64,000 nucleotides of DNA, from IMG/VR virus record IMGVR_UViG_2529292751_000006, positions 1 through 64,000 of that record. One strand, written 5' to 3'. This document shows, one piece after another, positions 9,387-16,902 of this stretch. The notes under the pieces are model-generated. The model was not told the DNA's origin. It worked only from the letters and a program-made list of their open reading frames with translations, and ran no database searches. The position numbers were made by a program, and so were the translations under genes. Numbering within the stretch: position 1 is the stretch's first letter; every line of letters starts with the position of its first letter. This DNA is from a virus (lineage: Duplodnaviria > Caudoviricetes).

Positions 9387-9632
9387 TTAAGAAATTTCAA
9401 GCTTTTCCTTGATTTCTTGTAGATTCTCCTTATTGCATGCTGCTATTGAATCAAACCACTTATATAGTATGAAAAGATTATCTATTCGTATAAGTTCATC
9501 TTGGAAGTCCACATCCCCTAATTTAACGTCTTCCGTGTAGATTCCATAATGTTTTTCTTTATTTGAGCATATAAGAGCTACTAGAGGCGTTTCTAATACT
9601 TCTAATGGATTCTGTTTGGCATTCTTAGACAT
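9387..9632 (-). CDS. Hypothetical protein
   Basis: 81-aa ORF, RBS AAGGGG, overlaps the end of the sigma-like gene. Confidence 0.65.
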   Translation of the reverse strand: MSKNAKQNPLEVLETPLVALICSNKEKHYGIYTEDVKLGDVDFQDELIRIDNLFILYKWFDSIAACNKENLQEIKEKLEIS

Positions 9633-10417
9633 TTCAATTCCCCTTTGCTGAACATGTTTTGTAATTGTAGTTCAATTCTTTTTCTAATGCGATGGATAGA
9701 TTTTGAGTGATAAGGAAGCATTCTTGCTATTTCTTTGTCTGTATGTCCTTCATAGTAGTATTTTGCAAGAATGTAGCGCTCATGACTTTTTAGTTCACTA
9801 AAAGGGAATTGAGATGAATCTCCATGAATCCACTTTGGATGACTAAGTTCTAAGCCTGTAGGCATTTCTATCTCTAATATGCTAAGGTTCTTACTCTCTA
9901 GCTTATCTAATGTTTCCTCTAGTGTATCTGCATTATCTTCATCTGTATGACTGCTTTTATAGAGCATATCACTATGATCTAATAAATCTTGATTCATGCC
10001 ATCGATATATCTTTTAAGCATAAATTTATAAGAAACATATATGTATTTCTTAAAGGAACTTCCTTGCTCCTTATAGTGGCGAGCACATAAGAGAAATGGA
10101 ATTAGTAATTCGGATTTTAGTTCATCCTTGGTATGATTGCGAAATATCCACTTCAAATAATTTAATGCTTTATAAGCTTGCTTAATGGATTCTTGTGAAT
10201 GAAACTTGCCTTTTTTCAGGTTCTTTACGACCCCTTTATTATTAATAAAGCAAGATAAGAAACAACGGATATCATAATTCCTAAAATTAATCGCATCTTT
10301 CGTTAGTAGGGTGTAGTACTTATTTAGAAAGTTTTCATATTCTTTTACGAGTGGTTCAGATATACCTGTCTGCTGGTATAACAAGACTTGTGTATCCTTT
10401 GATGTAATTGTACTCAT
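9602..10417 (-). CDS. Sigma-70 family-like RNA polymerase sigma factor
   Basis: Region 2-like FLLCARHYKEQGSSFKKYI; region 4 LKSHERYIL..YYEGHTDKEIARML HTH. Confidence 0.72.
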   Translation of the reverse strand: MSTITSKDTQVLLYQQTGISEPLVKEYENFLNKYYTLLTKDAINFRNYDIRCFLSCFINNKGVVKNLKKGKFHSQESIKQAYKALNYLKWIFRNHTKDELKSELLIPFLLCARHYKEQGSSFKKYIYVSYKFMLKRYIDGMNQDLLDHSDMLYKSSHTDEDNADTLEETLDKLESKNLSILEIEMPTGLELSHPKWIHGDSSQFPFSELKSHERYILAKYYYEGHTDKEIARMLPYHSKSIHRIRKRIELQLQNMFSKGELKCLRMPNRIH

Positions 10418-10423
10418 TCGTTG

Positions 10424-10975
10424 TTACTCCTTATCAGCTAATCGCTCCATTAATACAATATTCTCTTCTTCTTTTGTGTAAATATCTATTTTAAAATATG
10501 GACTTTCATCATCTTTTACACGGTGAAAATCCATGACTCTAGGCAGCGCATACTCGTCGTCTTCATAAATAAGACCAGTAAATGCATCCATCATCATTTT
10601 GAAAGCATTATGTGTATCACGTGTTTTCTTATCATTAGGGAAGTAAGCAGTGAGTTCTATAATCACTTTCTGTTTATCTGTTGTTTGCCATCCTGCTTCT
10701 TGCATCCACATTTGAACGAACGCTTGCCATTTATCAAATAACTGAAAAGCAGGATCACTGTATCTTTGTCTGCCTTTTGCCATTCTGACATAGATTTCAT
10801 TTACACTTGGATAAACGCCAGGATCCCCATTCGCTTCACTATGTACTACTTTTACTTTCTTCATTTGGTTCTTGCCATTTGCAAGCTTAATTGTCTTTCC
10901 GCTTTCATCTCTTTTTGCTCGTTTTCTTGTAAATGCGCCGAACATCATCATAGGTAGAATTAGTGATTGTCTCAT
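10424..10975 (-). CDS. rusA: RusA-family Holliday junction resolvase
   Basis: PSVN, RDTHNAFKMMMDAFTGLIYEDD match the RusA D-x-x-N..K..D..DD motif. Confidence 0.82.
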   Translation of the reverse strand: MRQSLILPMMMFGAFTRKRAKRDESGKTIKLANGKNQMKKVKVVHSEANGDPGVYPSVNEIYVRMAKGRQRYSDPAFQLFDKWQAFVQMWMQEAGWQTTDKQKVIIELTAYFPNDKKTRDTHNAFKMMMDAFTGLIYEDDEYALPRVMDFHRVKDDESPYFKIDIYTKEEENIVLMERLADKE

Positions 10976-10976
10976 A

Positions 10977-11447
10977 TTAATAATTCACCTTCATATTCAT
11001 CATTTGAATTGCAGTCAATGATAAAACCATTGCTTCTCCAAGGAATCCACCTTGCTTATCATAGCGCTTGATATAATTGAAATCTCTGCCGTTGTAATGG
11101 TCTTTATCAATGCTGTATTCATTTTTGGCATACTTCAGAATAGTCGCCTGCAGCAATGCATCACGAGTAATGTTGATTTGATCCTTCATACGAAGGTCAT
11201 CCCATTCACTTTCTTCTTCTTCAATGAGTGTATTAATTACTTCACAATACTCTCCAAATGTTAATCTGCACTTACTAGATAATTGCTCCAGTTTGTCTGG
11301 CTCCAGAATTAAGTCAATTGTTTCTATGCCATTGTCAGCCTTCTTATCTAAAATAACAATTTTATCATTATTTTCTAGTTCGGCTGCTTGGCTTTCTCTC
11401 ATAAAATTTTTTCTAATCCCGATTCTTGGCTGAGTTGGATTGCTCAT
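10977..11447 (-). CDS. Hypothetical protein
   Basis: Long ORF in a packed operon; RBS AAGGAG upstream. Confidence 0.7.
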   Translation of the reverse strand: MSNPTQPRIGIRKNFMRESQAAELENNDKIVILDKKADNGIETIDLILEPDKLEQLSSKCRLTFGEYCEVINTLIEEEESEWDDLRMKDQINITRDALLQATILKYAKNEYSIDKDHYNGRDFNYIKRYDKQGGFLGEAMVLSLTAIQMMNMKVNY

Positions 11448-11541
11448 CTTCTTCACTCTCCTTAATTACTGGTTTCTGTGCTAACTCTTTCATGTCAATT
11501 CCTTTATCAAGGTCTTCTATAATATTAATCATTGGACTCAT
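11413..11541 (-). CDS. 42-aa acidic peptide, not in ORF track
   Basis: Manual translation MSPMINIIEDLDKGIDMKELAQKPVIKESEEDEQSNSAKNRD; purine-rich upstream sequence. Confidence 0.45.
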   Translation of the reverse strand: MSPMINIIEDLDKGIDMKELAQKPVIKESEEDEQSNSAKNRD

Positions 11542-11701
11542 TTCCTTCATCTCCATTTCCTATCATGATTTCGATTGCTGTAGCTGTAACCGGAACCTTA
11601 AAAACACTGGCTATAAACATAGCAAAATACATATTGGTTTTCCCTGTTGCTCTTGGTTCTCTAGGGGGAGGATAGTTATAATTTTCTTCTGTTTCCTTCA
11701 T
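11525..11701 (-). CDS. 58-aa small protein with a hydrophobic segment, not in ORF track
   Basis: MKETEENYNYPPPREPRATGKTNMYFAMFIASVFKVPVTATAIEIMIG...; RBS AAGGTG; first gene after a promoter/operator. Confidence 0.55.
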   Translation of the reverse strand: MKETEENYNYPPPREPRATGKTNMYFAMFIASVFKVPVTATAIEIMIGNGDEGNESND

Positions 11702-11717
11702 TTTTCTTCACCTTATT

Positions 11718-11748
11718 TGTAATGCCTTTCATACGCTTCATTATAGCA
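11718..11748 (-). promoter_or_regulatory. Extended -10 promoter (TGcTATAAT) with operator copy 3
   Basis: -10 at 11740-11745; TGTAATGCCTTTCA at 11718-11731. Confidence 0.68.
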
Positions 11749-11749
11749 T

Positions 11750-11786
11750 AAAAAAATAAAAAAGACAGGCATAAAACCTGTCTTTT
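11750..11786 (-). terminator. Intrinsic terminator after the subtilase gene
   Basis: Stem AAAAGACAGG/CCTGTCTTTT followed by a long U-tract on the minus strand. Confidence 0.8.
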
Positions 11787-12678
11787 ATGGAAGTAGTGCT
11801 AAGTTGATAATTCCAGCCCCATATATCTCATCTCGCCCTTGTATACCAAGGTCTTTAACCATATGTTGTAATAGTTCATGTACTGCTGAAACAGAAGGTT
11901 TTGCACCATTATGTAATTGTTTATAACGTGCAAGAATAAGTGCAATCGCACCAGATATAATCGGTGTTGCCATTGATGTTCCAGATAAACGTGCGTAATG
12001 CCCTTCTTTATAGGTAGATAGGATATTTACACCAGGAGCACAAATTTCATTCTCTATGCCATGATTTGAGAACTGTGGGTGTTGCATGTTTTCATCTACA
12101 GCTGATACAGCTATTACTTCATCATATGCAGCTGGATAGCAAACCTGACTATTCTCATTACCTGTAGCTGCCACAAAGACGATTCCTTGTGCTGTAGCTT
12201 GTTTAATAACTTGATATAACACTTCTGGTGGTCGGCTAGATGTTCCTAAACTCATAGAAATAATATCTACTTTACGATCTATGGCCCACTTAATACCACG
12301 AATCATTGCTTCAAATCCACCTTTTCCATTGTCTCCTAGTACCTTAGCACAATACAATTCTGCTTTGGGTGCGACACCAACCATACCTATGCCATTATCC
12401 ATTGCGGCTACAATACCTGCTACATGAGTCCCATGCCCTTGCATATCTTCATATTGGCTAGGTGAATTAGTAAAGTCTATGTATTCTTTTACATTATCTA
12501 TTAAATCAGGGTGATCTTCATCAATACCTGTATCAAGAATAGCAACTTTAATACCTTCCCCTTTAGTTTTCTGCCAAGCTAATTCCACTCCGATAGCTTT
12601 GAGTCCCCAATCAATTAGGTCTTTTCCTATTTCAGGAGATACAACTTGTCTTACTACGTAGTCTGCTGCTTTAAACAT
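11785..12678 (-). CDS. Intracellular-type subtilisin (S8) serine protease
   Basis: Catalytic triad ILDTG, GHGTHVAG, SGTSMATP; no signal peptide or long propeptide. Confidence 0.93.
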   Translation of the reverse strand: MFKAADYVVRQVVSPEIGKDLIDWGLKAIGVELAWQKTKGEGIKVAILDTGIDEDHPDLIDNVKEYIDFTNSPSQYEDMQGHGTHVAGIVAAMDNGIGMVGVAPKAELYCAKVLGDNGKGGFEAMIRGIKWAIDRKVDIISMSLGTSSRPPEVLYQVIKQATAQGIVFVAATGNENSQVCYPAAYDEVIAVSAVDENMQHPQFSNHGIENEICAPGVNILSTYKEGHYARLSGTSMATPIISGAIALILARYKQLHNGAKPSVSAVHELLQHMVKDLGIQGRDEIYGAGIINLALLP

Positions 12679-12723
12679 TATGGAAATTCCTCCTTGGAAT
12701 TCCCTGTATCCTTTTTTGCTATT

Positions 12724-13167
12724 TTACCATAGCGCACTAAATATTGTTACAGCTAGTTTAGTTAAAACTGCAAGTGTTAAAAAGCATATTCCTATGCCAA
12801 TTTTCACATTAAACTTTATTGACTCTTTCTTTTTTCTTACTTTATATTCTTCTTTTGTTTCATCTATTTTTTGGTCTACATATCTAGTCCCTAGACCTGG
12901 TATTGTTGAGCTCGGTGTGCGGTTTTCTGCGCTTTCTAATAAATCGGCAATTGATTGCTCTCGATTATTTCTTTCTGTACTACGAGAAAAACCAACTGGC
13001 ATAGTACTTCCTATAACATAAGGCGGAGCTGAAGATGACTGCCTGAGTGCTCTCCAGGTATTTATTCCTACGCTATTATCATTAAGTGCACTACTCATAT
13101 GCATACTTGAGAATAAGTTATTTTCTGCTTTAGAATTTAGGTCTAAATAGACTTTAATTAGTTCCAT
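12724..13167 (-). CDS. Hypothetical protein, C-terminal TM anchor (MEL-type leader)
   Basis: Starts MELIKVYL after GGTGTG; hydrophobic C-terminus. Confidence 0.7.
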   Translation of the reverse strand: MELIKVYLDLNSKAENNLFSSMHMSSALNDNSVGINTWRALRQSSSAPPYVIGSTMPVGFSRSTERNNREQSIADLLESAENRTPSSTIPGLGTRYVDQKIDETKEEYKVRKKKESIKFNVKIGIGICFLTLAVLTKLAVTIFSALW

Positions 13168-13173
13168 ATTCAA

Positions 13174-13329
13174 TCACACCACAATCTTTTTAATTGAACC
13201 GCATGCACTACATACTCTTGTATGAACTTTTACTCTATACCTTTTAGGGCCTTCCCATTTGCTATCTACGAATGAATAATCATGTGTTCCTTTTCTCTTG
13301 CACTTCCATACTTTAAAGAACTTTAGCAT
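13174..13329 (-). CDS. 51-aa C/H/CxxC zinc-binding small phage protein, not in ORF track
   Basis: MLKFFKVWKCKRKGTHDYSF...VCSACGSIKKIVV; RBS GGAGG. Confidence 0.6.
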   Translation of the reverse strand: MLKFFKVWKCKRKGTHDYSFVDSKWEGPKRYRVKVHTRVCSACGSIKKIVV

Positions 13330-13756
13330 ATTGCTCTACCTCCAGCATATTCAAAAAGTATTGATTGTATTTATTCTTGTACTCATGCTGATAAATAACT
13401 TTAACTATTCCCACCTGTGCAATATGCTTCGCACAATTTTCGCATGGCATGTGCGTACAATACAATGTACTTCCTTTTAAGTGACTACGATCTGCATTTA
13501 AAATAGCATTCATTTCAGCATGAATACATAATATGCATCTGCCTTGATCATTAAGTAGACATCCATCATCTGTGCAATGTTCTTGATTATGTACACTACC
13601 GTTATATCCTGTCCCAATGATTCGATTATCTTTTACAATAACAGCTCCAACCTTTAATCTATTGCAGGTTGCTCTTTCTGCTACATCTTCTGCCAGCTTC
13701 ATGAAATACTCATTCCAACTTGCTCTTGATTTATTCTTCTGCTGTGTGTTTTTCAT
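13313..13756 (-). CDS. dCMP deaminase (ComEB-like)
   Basis: RATC.RLKVGAVIV, GYNG, HAEMNA, PCENC. Confidence 0.93.
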   Translation of the reverse strand: MKNTQQKNKSRASWNEYFMKLAEDVAERATCNRLKVGAVIVKDNRIIGTGYNGSVHNQEHCTDDGCLLNDQGRCILCIHAEMNAILNADRSHLKGSTLYCTHMPCENCAKHIAQVGIVKVIYQHEYKNKYNQYFLNMLEVEQYAKVL

Positions 13757-13982
13757 AGCCTAATTCTCCTAACATATATTCAACTGCACCTGACCCTCTT
13801 TTCTCCGCTTCAATAGATAAGGCTTCTTCAAACGTAATCATTTTGCAATTTCCATCTGTATGTTTTAATAACCATCTTGAAGCAGAAAAGCAGTTCATAT
13901 TATAAAAAAGAACTCCTTCTTCTAAAGTCCCAATTGCATAATCTTCATCTGGCTGCTTAGCTATATAATGCATCGTATTCAC
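13731..13982 (-). CDS. Hypothetical protein
   Basis: 83-aa ORF with RBS AAGGAG. Confidence 0.65.
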   Translation of the reverse strand: MNTMHYIAKQPDEDYAIGTLEEGVLFYNMNCFSASRWLLKHTDGNCKMITFEEALSIEAEKRGSGAVEYMLGELGYEKHTAEE

Positions 13983-13985
13983 TCC

Positions 13986-14306
13986 TTAATACCAAGATGG
14001 CTTTTCTCTTGACCAGTCTTGATCTGTCGTATGTTTTTGTTCTAAACAATGTATGCAGTAGTATATATTTACTTTTTTCCAGTGTATATTCCAGGCCCCT
14101 TCTGGTTCATTAGTCCTAACTGACTCTTGATAGGCATATTCATGCTTGCATGTTTGTAGTATTGGTTCAGGTGGATTTGGCCTAGGTGAGCTAGGCACAT
14201 CTTTTTTATTTGAGTGCATAGCAGATTGTTTAAGTGTAGGTCCTTTTCTCTTAGGCTTAATTGTTAGTGTAGGTTTTTTTAATGGATGAGTATTAAAACC
14301 AAACAT
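13986..14306 (-). CDS. Hypothetical protein, basic/Pro-rich N-terminus and C-x-H..CxxC zinc motif
   Basis: RBS GGAG before ATG 14306; CKHEY..YCIHC. Confidence 0.65.
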   Translation of the reverse strand: MFGFNTHPLKKPTLTIKPKRKGPTLKQSAMHSNKKDVPSSPRPNPPEPILQTCKHEYAYQESVRTNEPEGAWNIHWKKVNIYYCIHCLEQKHTTDQDWSREKPSWY

Positions 14307-14310
14307 ATTA

Positions 14311-15066
14311 TTATCTCCATTCCATACATAAATTTTTAGCTGGACATTTATCACAAGCAAATGTTTCCCTTGGATAAAACCATCCTTTTTCCATAGATTC
14401 TTTTACTAAATCTACTGTTTTATATAAGCGCTTATAGTCCATTCGTTTTCTTGTAACAAAATGAGTAGTTCCTTTACGAAGAATATGTACTGCTATACTA
14501 TCTATCTCCTGCTTAAACATAGAATGATATGCCATTGCCATTAGAGTTAAGCCCATATCAGTTTTCTGCCAAAAATCATCATATTTACTTTTACCTGTTT
14601 TATATACTGCAATTTCAACACCTCTTGCTGTATCACGTACAACCGGGATGTTTCCTCTAACATAAAAATCATTTCCAAATGGTATGCGAAAATCTAAATT
14701 GGATGCTAAGACTTGATCTGGCTCATATCTTTGCTGTCGGTAAAAGGTATATAGCATATCAATTGCTTCTAATTCTTTTTTTCTTTGTTCAGCTTTGCCG
14801 CCTACATGTATATCATATATATCTAGATTGCCATACCAGATACTACTTAACTTTTCTTTTAGCTCATCGAATCCTAATTGTGTTCCGCCTTTTAAGTGAA
14901 AATAATAATAATTCAATACAGACTGTATGCTTTCTCGAATACCATCATTTGCTGTAATTTTTTTGCAAACTTTATCTATTTCGGTAAATTTAAAACGTAA
15001 TGGACAAGATTTAAATTCATATAAGTCAGCAACTGTTATCTCAAATTCTTTATTCATATTCATCAT
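14311..15066 (-). CDS. PD-(D/E)xK (AddB/Cas4-like) fold protein, probably nuclease-dead
   Basis: SCPLRF and CDKCPAKNLC cysteines kept; catalytic motifs read RGNIPVV and IAVYKTG. Confidence 0.72.
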   Translation of the reverse strand: MMNMNKEFEITVADLYEFKSCPLRFKFTEIDKVCKKITANDGIRESIQSVLNYYYFHLKGGTQLGFDELKEKLSSIWYGNLDIYDIHVGGKAEQRKKELEAIDMLYTFYRQQRYEPDQVLASNLDFRIPFGNDFYVRGNIPVVRDTARGVEIAVYKTGKSKYDDFWQKTDMGLTLMAMAYHSMFKQEIDSIAVHILRKGTTHFVTRKRMDYKRLYKTVDLVKESMEKGWFYPRETFACDKCPAKNLCMEWR

Positions 15067-15074
15067 CCTATGAC

Positions 15075-15296
15075 CTATTTTCTAAATGAACTTGCTATTA
15101 ATTCTAAAATATGTTGTTCATGTAATTTTTGAATTTCCATAACTGCCTTGTCTTCTTTAATCGCTTGAATCTCCATTTCTCTTTTATATAGAGATGACCC
15201 ATAGTTTACTTTTTCAAAAGAGGGCAAAAATAAATCTGTAATTTCCCCATAAATATTATTTATACGTATATTGATGTAAGCAGAAGCTAACTCCAT
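15075..15296 (-). CDS. Small protein (MEL-type leader)
   Basis: RBS AAGGAG; starts MELASAYI. Confidence 0.7.
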   Translation of the reverse strand: MELASAYINIRINNIYGEITDLFLPSFEKVNYGSSLYKREMEIQAIKEDKAVMEIQKLHEQHILELIASSFRK

Positions 15297-15310
15297 ATAA
15301 TCTCTCCTTT

Positions 15311-15619
15311 CTAATTATTAAGAAATTCATCGAATTCAAATGCTGCTGCTGATAAACCCCTTATTGAAGACTGCTGGCGATTACGCTCATTACCTGTGAG
15401 TCGATTGAATTCACTATTACTGAGATCATAAGATCCAGAAATGGAAGATGTTAATGATTTAATCTCTTGTCTAGGAATAGACCTCACAAGAGTTCCTGAA
15501 AGAGACTGAGCAGTCCCAATTTTTTTCCCCTTAAAGAATATTGCTACATCCGCACCATTAAAGGATACTCTTTCTTCTTTCTTTGATTGAATAGCAAGAA
15601 TTTGTGATACTAATTCCAT
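15311..15619 (-). CDS. Small protein (MEL-type leader)
   Basis: RBS AAGGAG; starts MELVSQIL. Confidence 0.7.
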   Translation of the reverse strand: MELVSQILAIQSKKEERVSFNGADVAIFFKGKKIGTAQSLSGTLVRSIPRQEIKSLTSSISGSYDLSNSEFNRLTGNERNRQQSSIRGLSAAAFEFDEFLNN

Positions 15620-15630
15620 ATAAATTCTCC

Positions 15631-15813
15631 TTATGCTGCTAGTGGAAGTCCACTATATTTTTTGAGATGTGTAATGCGTAAATATTTATTAATTAACTCT
15701 TGTGGTTTATCTTGCTTACTCGTAATTACTGTTTCTGTGACATAGTTGCTTCTAAAGCGCCACTTCATACTAGTAAGCGGTTTGCGATGCTTGTAGCGAG
15801 AAACTAATTCCAT
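15631..15813 (-). CDS. Small basic protein (MEL-type leader)
   Basis: RBS AAGGATGG before ATG 15813; starts MELVSRYK. Confidence 0.65.
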   Translation of the reverse strand: MELVSRYKHRKPLTSMKWRFRSNYVTETVITSKQDKPQELINKYLRITHLKKYSGLPLAA

Positions 15814-15868
15814 ACAGAACCATCCTTTATTATTCTTTAGTTTTCTATCAATACCTTTATTATACAAT

Positions 15869-15896
15869 AAAAAAGAGAGGATATCCCTCTCTTTTT
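15869..15896 (-). terminator. Intrinsic terminator after nrdF
   Basis: Stem AAAAAGAGAGG/CCTCTCTTTTT with U-tail. Confidence 0.8.
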
Positions 15897-15909
15897 GAAA
15901 TGCATTACA
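15896..15909. promoter_or_regulatory. Palindromic operator copy 4
   Basis: TGAAATGCATTACA between the nrdF stop and the terminator; a minus-strand TATAAT lies at 15859-15864. Confidence 0.6.
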
Positions 15910-16884
15910 TTATTTGTCGAAGTTGAATACAAAGTCATCATCTGCTAATTTTTCTACGTTTGTAGCCTTTACATATCCATTCCCTTTCACAGAGAAGAAA
16001 TCATGATTTTTTGTATCTGTACGCAAACCATTTAGTACAATTGGATTAATTTCTTCTTCTTTGAAATATGACTCTAGACCTAGATTCATAAGGGCTTTAT
16101 TTGCGTTATATCTAACAAAGCTATTTACATCATCTACTAAGTTGATAGGCGTATAGATTTCTTCCGTATAAGCCAGCTCAATTTCATACAGTTCAAGCAA
16201 TAGGTCCATTGTTTCTTTTCGTACTTCTCTTTGTTCTTCTGGCTCCATTTGAGCAAACAATTGCTGCGCTAGTATACCAACGAATACTCCGTGAATGCTT
16301 TCATCACGTAAAATTAGGTTAATAATTTCACCACTTGCAGTCATTTTTCCTTGGCCAGCTAAGTAAAGCGGATAAAAGAATCCACTATAGAATAAGTAAC
16401 TTTCTAAGAATACACTTGCTACCATTGCCATGTATAACTCTTTTTTCGTTACTTCAGGCTTTAATAGACGACGATAATACCCTGTAATCATTTCTGCCTT
16501 TTTTGTTAGCAGCGGGTGTTGATCTACCCAATTAAAGATTTCATCAATCTCTTCTTCTGCTGCAAGTGTTGTGAAGATATGACTGTAACTCTTCGCATGC
16601 ACTTCTTCCATAGCGCCCATGAAAGCTAGTACGCTTTTCGCCTGTAGGTTTTCTAAATGCACTAGAACTAATGGCATGCCTTCTCCGCCTTGTTTTGTAT
16701 CTAGAAGTGTTAAACCACCTAACACACGTTTATAAGCTGTCTGCTCCTCTTTTGAAAGCTGACCCCAAGTGTTTTTATCTGTAGATACAGCAATCTCTTC
16801 TTCTGTCCAAAACTGAGCTATATTTTGTTTCCAAAACATTAAACTGAATTCATCTTCTTTTTTATTCCAGTTAACTGCTTGCAT
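15910..16884 (-). CDS. nrdF: Class Ib ribonucleotide reductase beta subunit
   Basis: AVNWN, QFW, LTLLDT, MEEVHAKSYS, LESYLFYSGF, RDESIHG, HDFFS; metal ligands and radical Tyr present. Confidence 0.97.
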   Translation of the reverse strand: MQAVNWNKKEDEFSLMFWKQNIAQFWTEEEIAVSTDKNTWGQLSKEEQTAYKRVLGGLTLLDTKQGGEGMPLVLVHLENLQAKSVLAFMGAMEEVHAKSYSHIFTTLAAEEEIDEIFNWVDQHPLLTKKAEMITGYYRRLLKPEVTKKELYMAMVASVFLESYLFYSGFFYPLYLAGQGKMTASGEIINLILRDESIHGVFVGILAQQLFAQMEPEEQREVRKETMDLLLELYEIELAYTEEIYTPINLVDDVNSFVRYNANKALMNLGLESYFKEEEINPIVLNGLRTDTKNHDFFSVKGNGYVKATNVEKLADDDFVFNFDK

Positions 16885-16902
16885 TCTTTTATCCCTCTTT
16901 CT

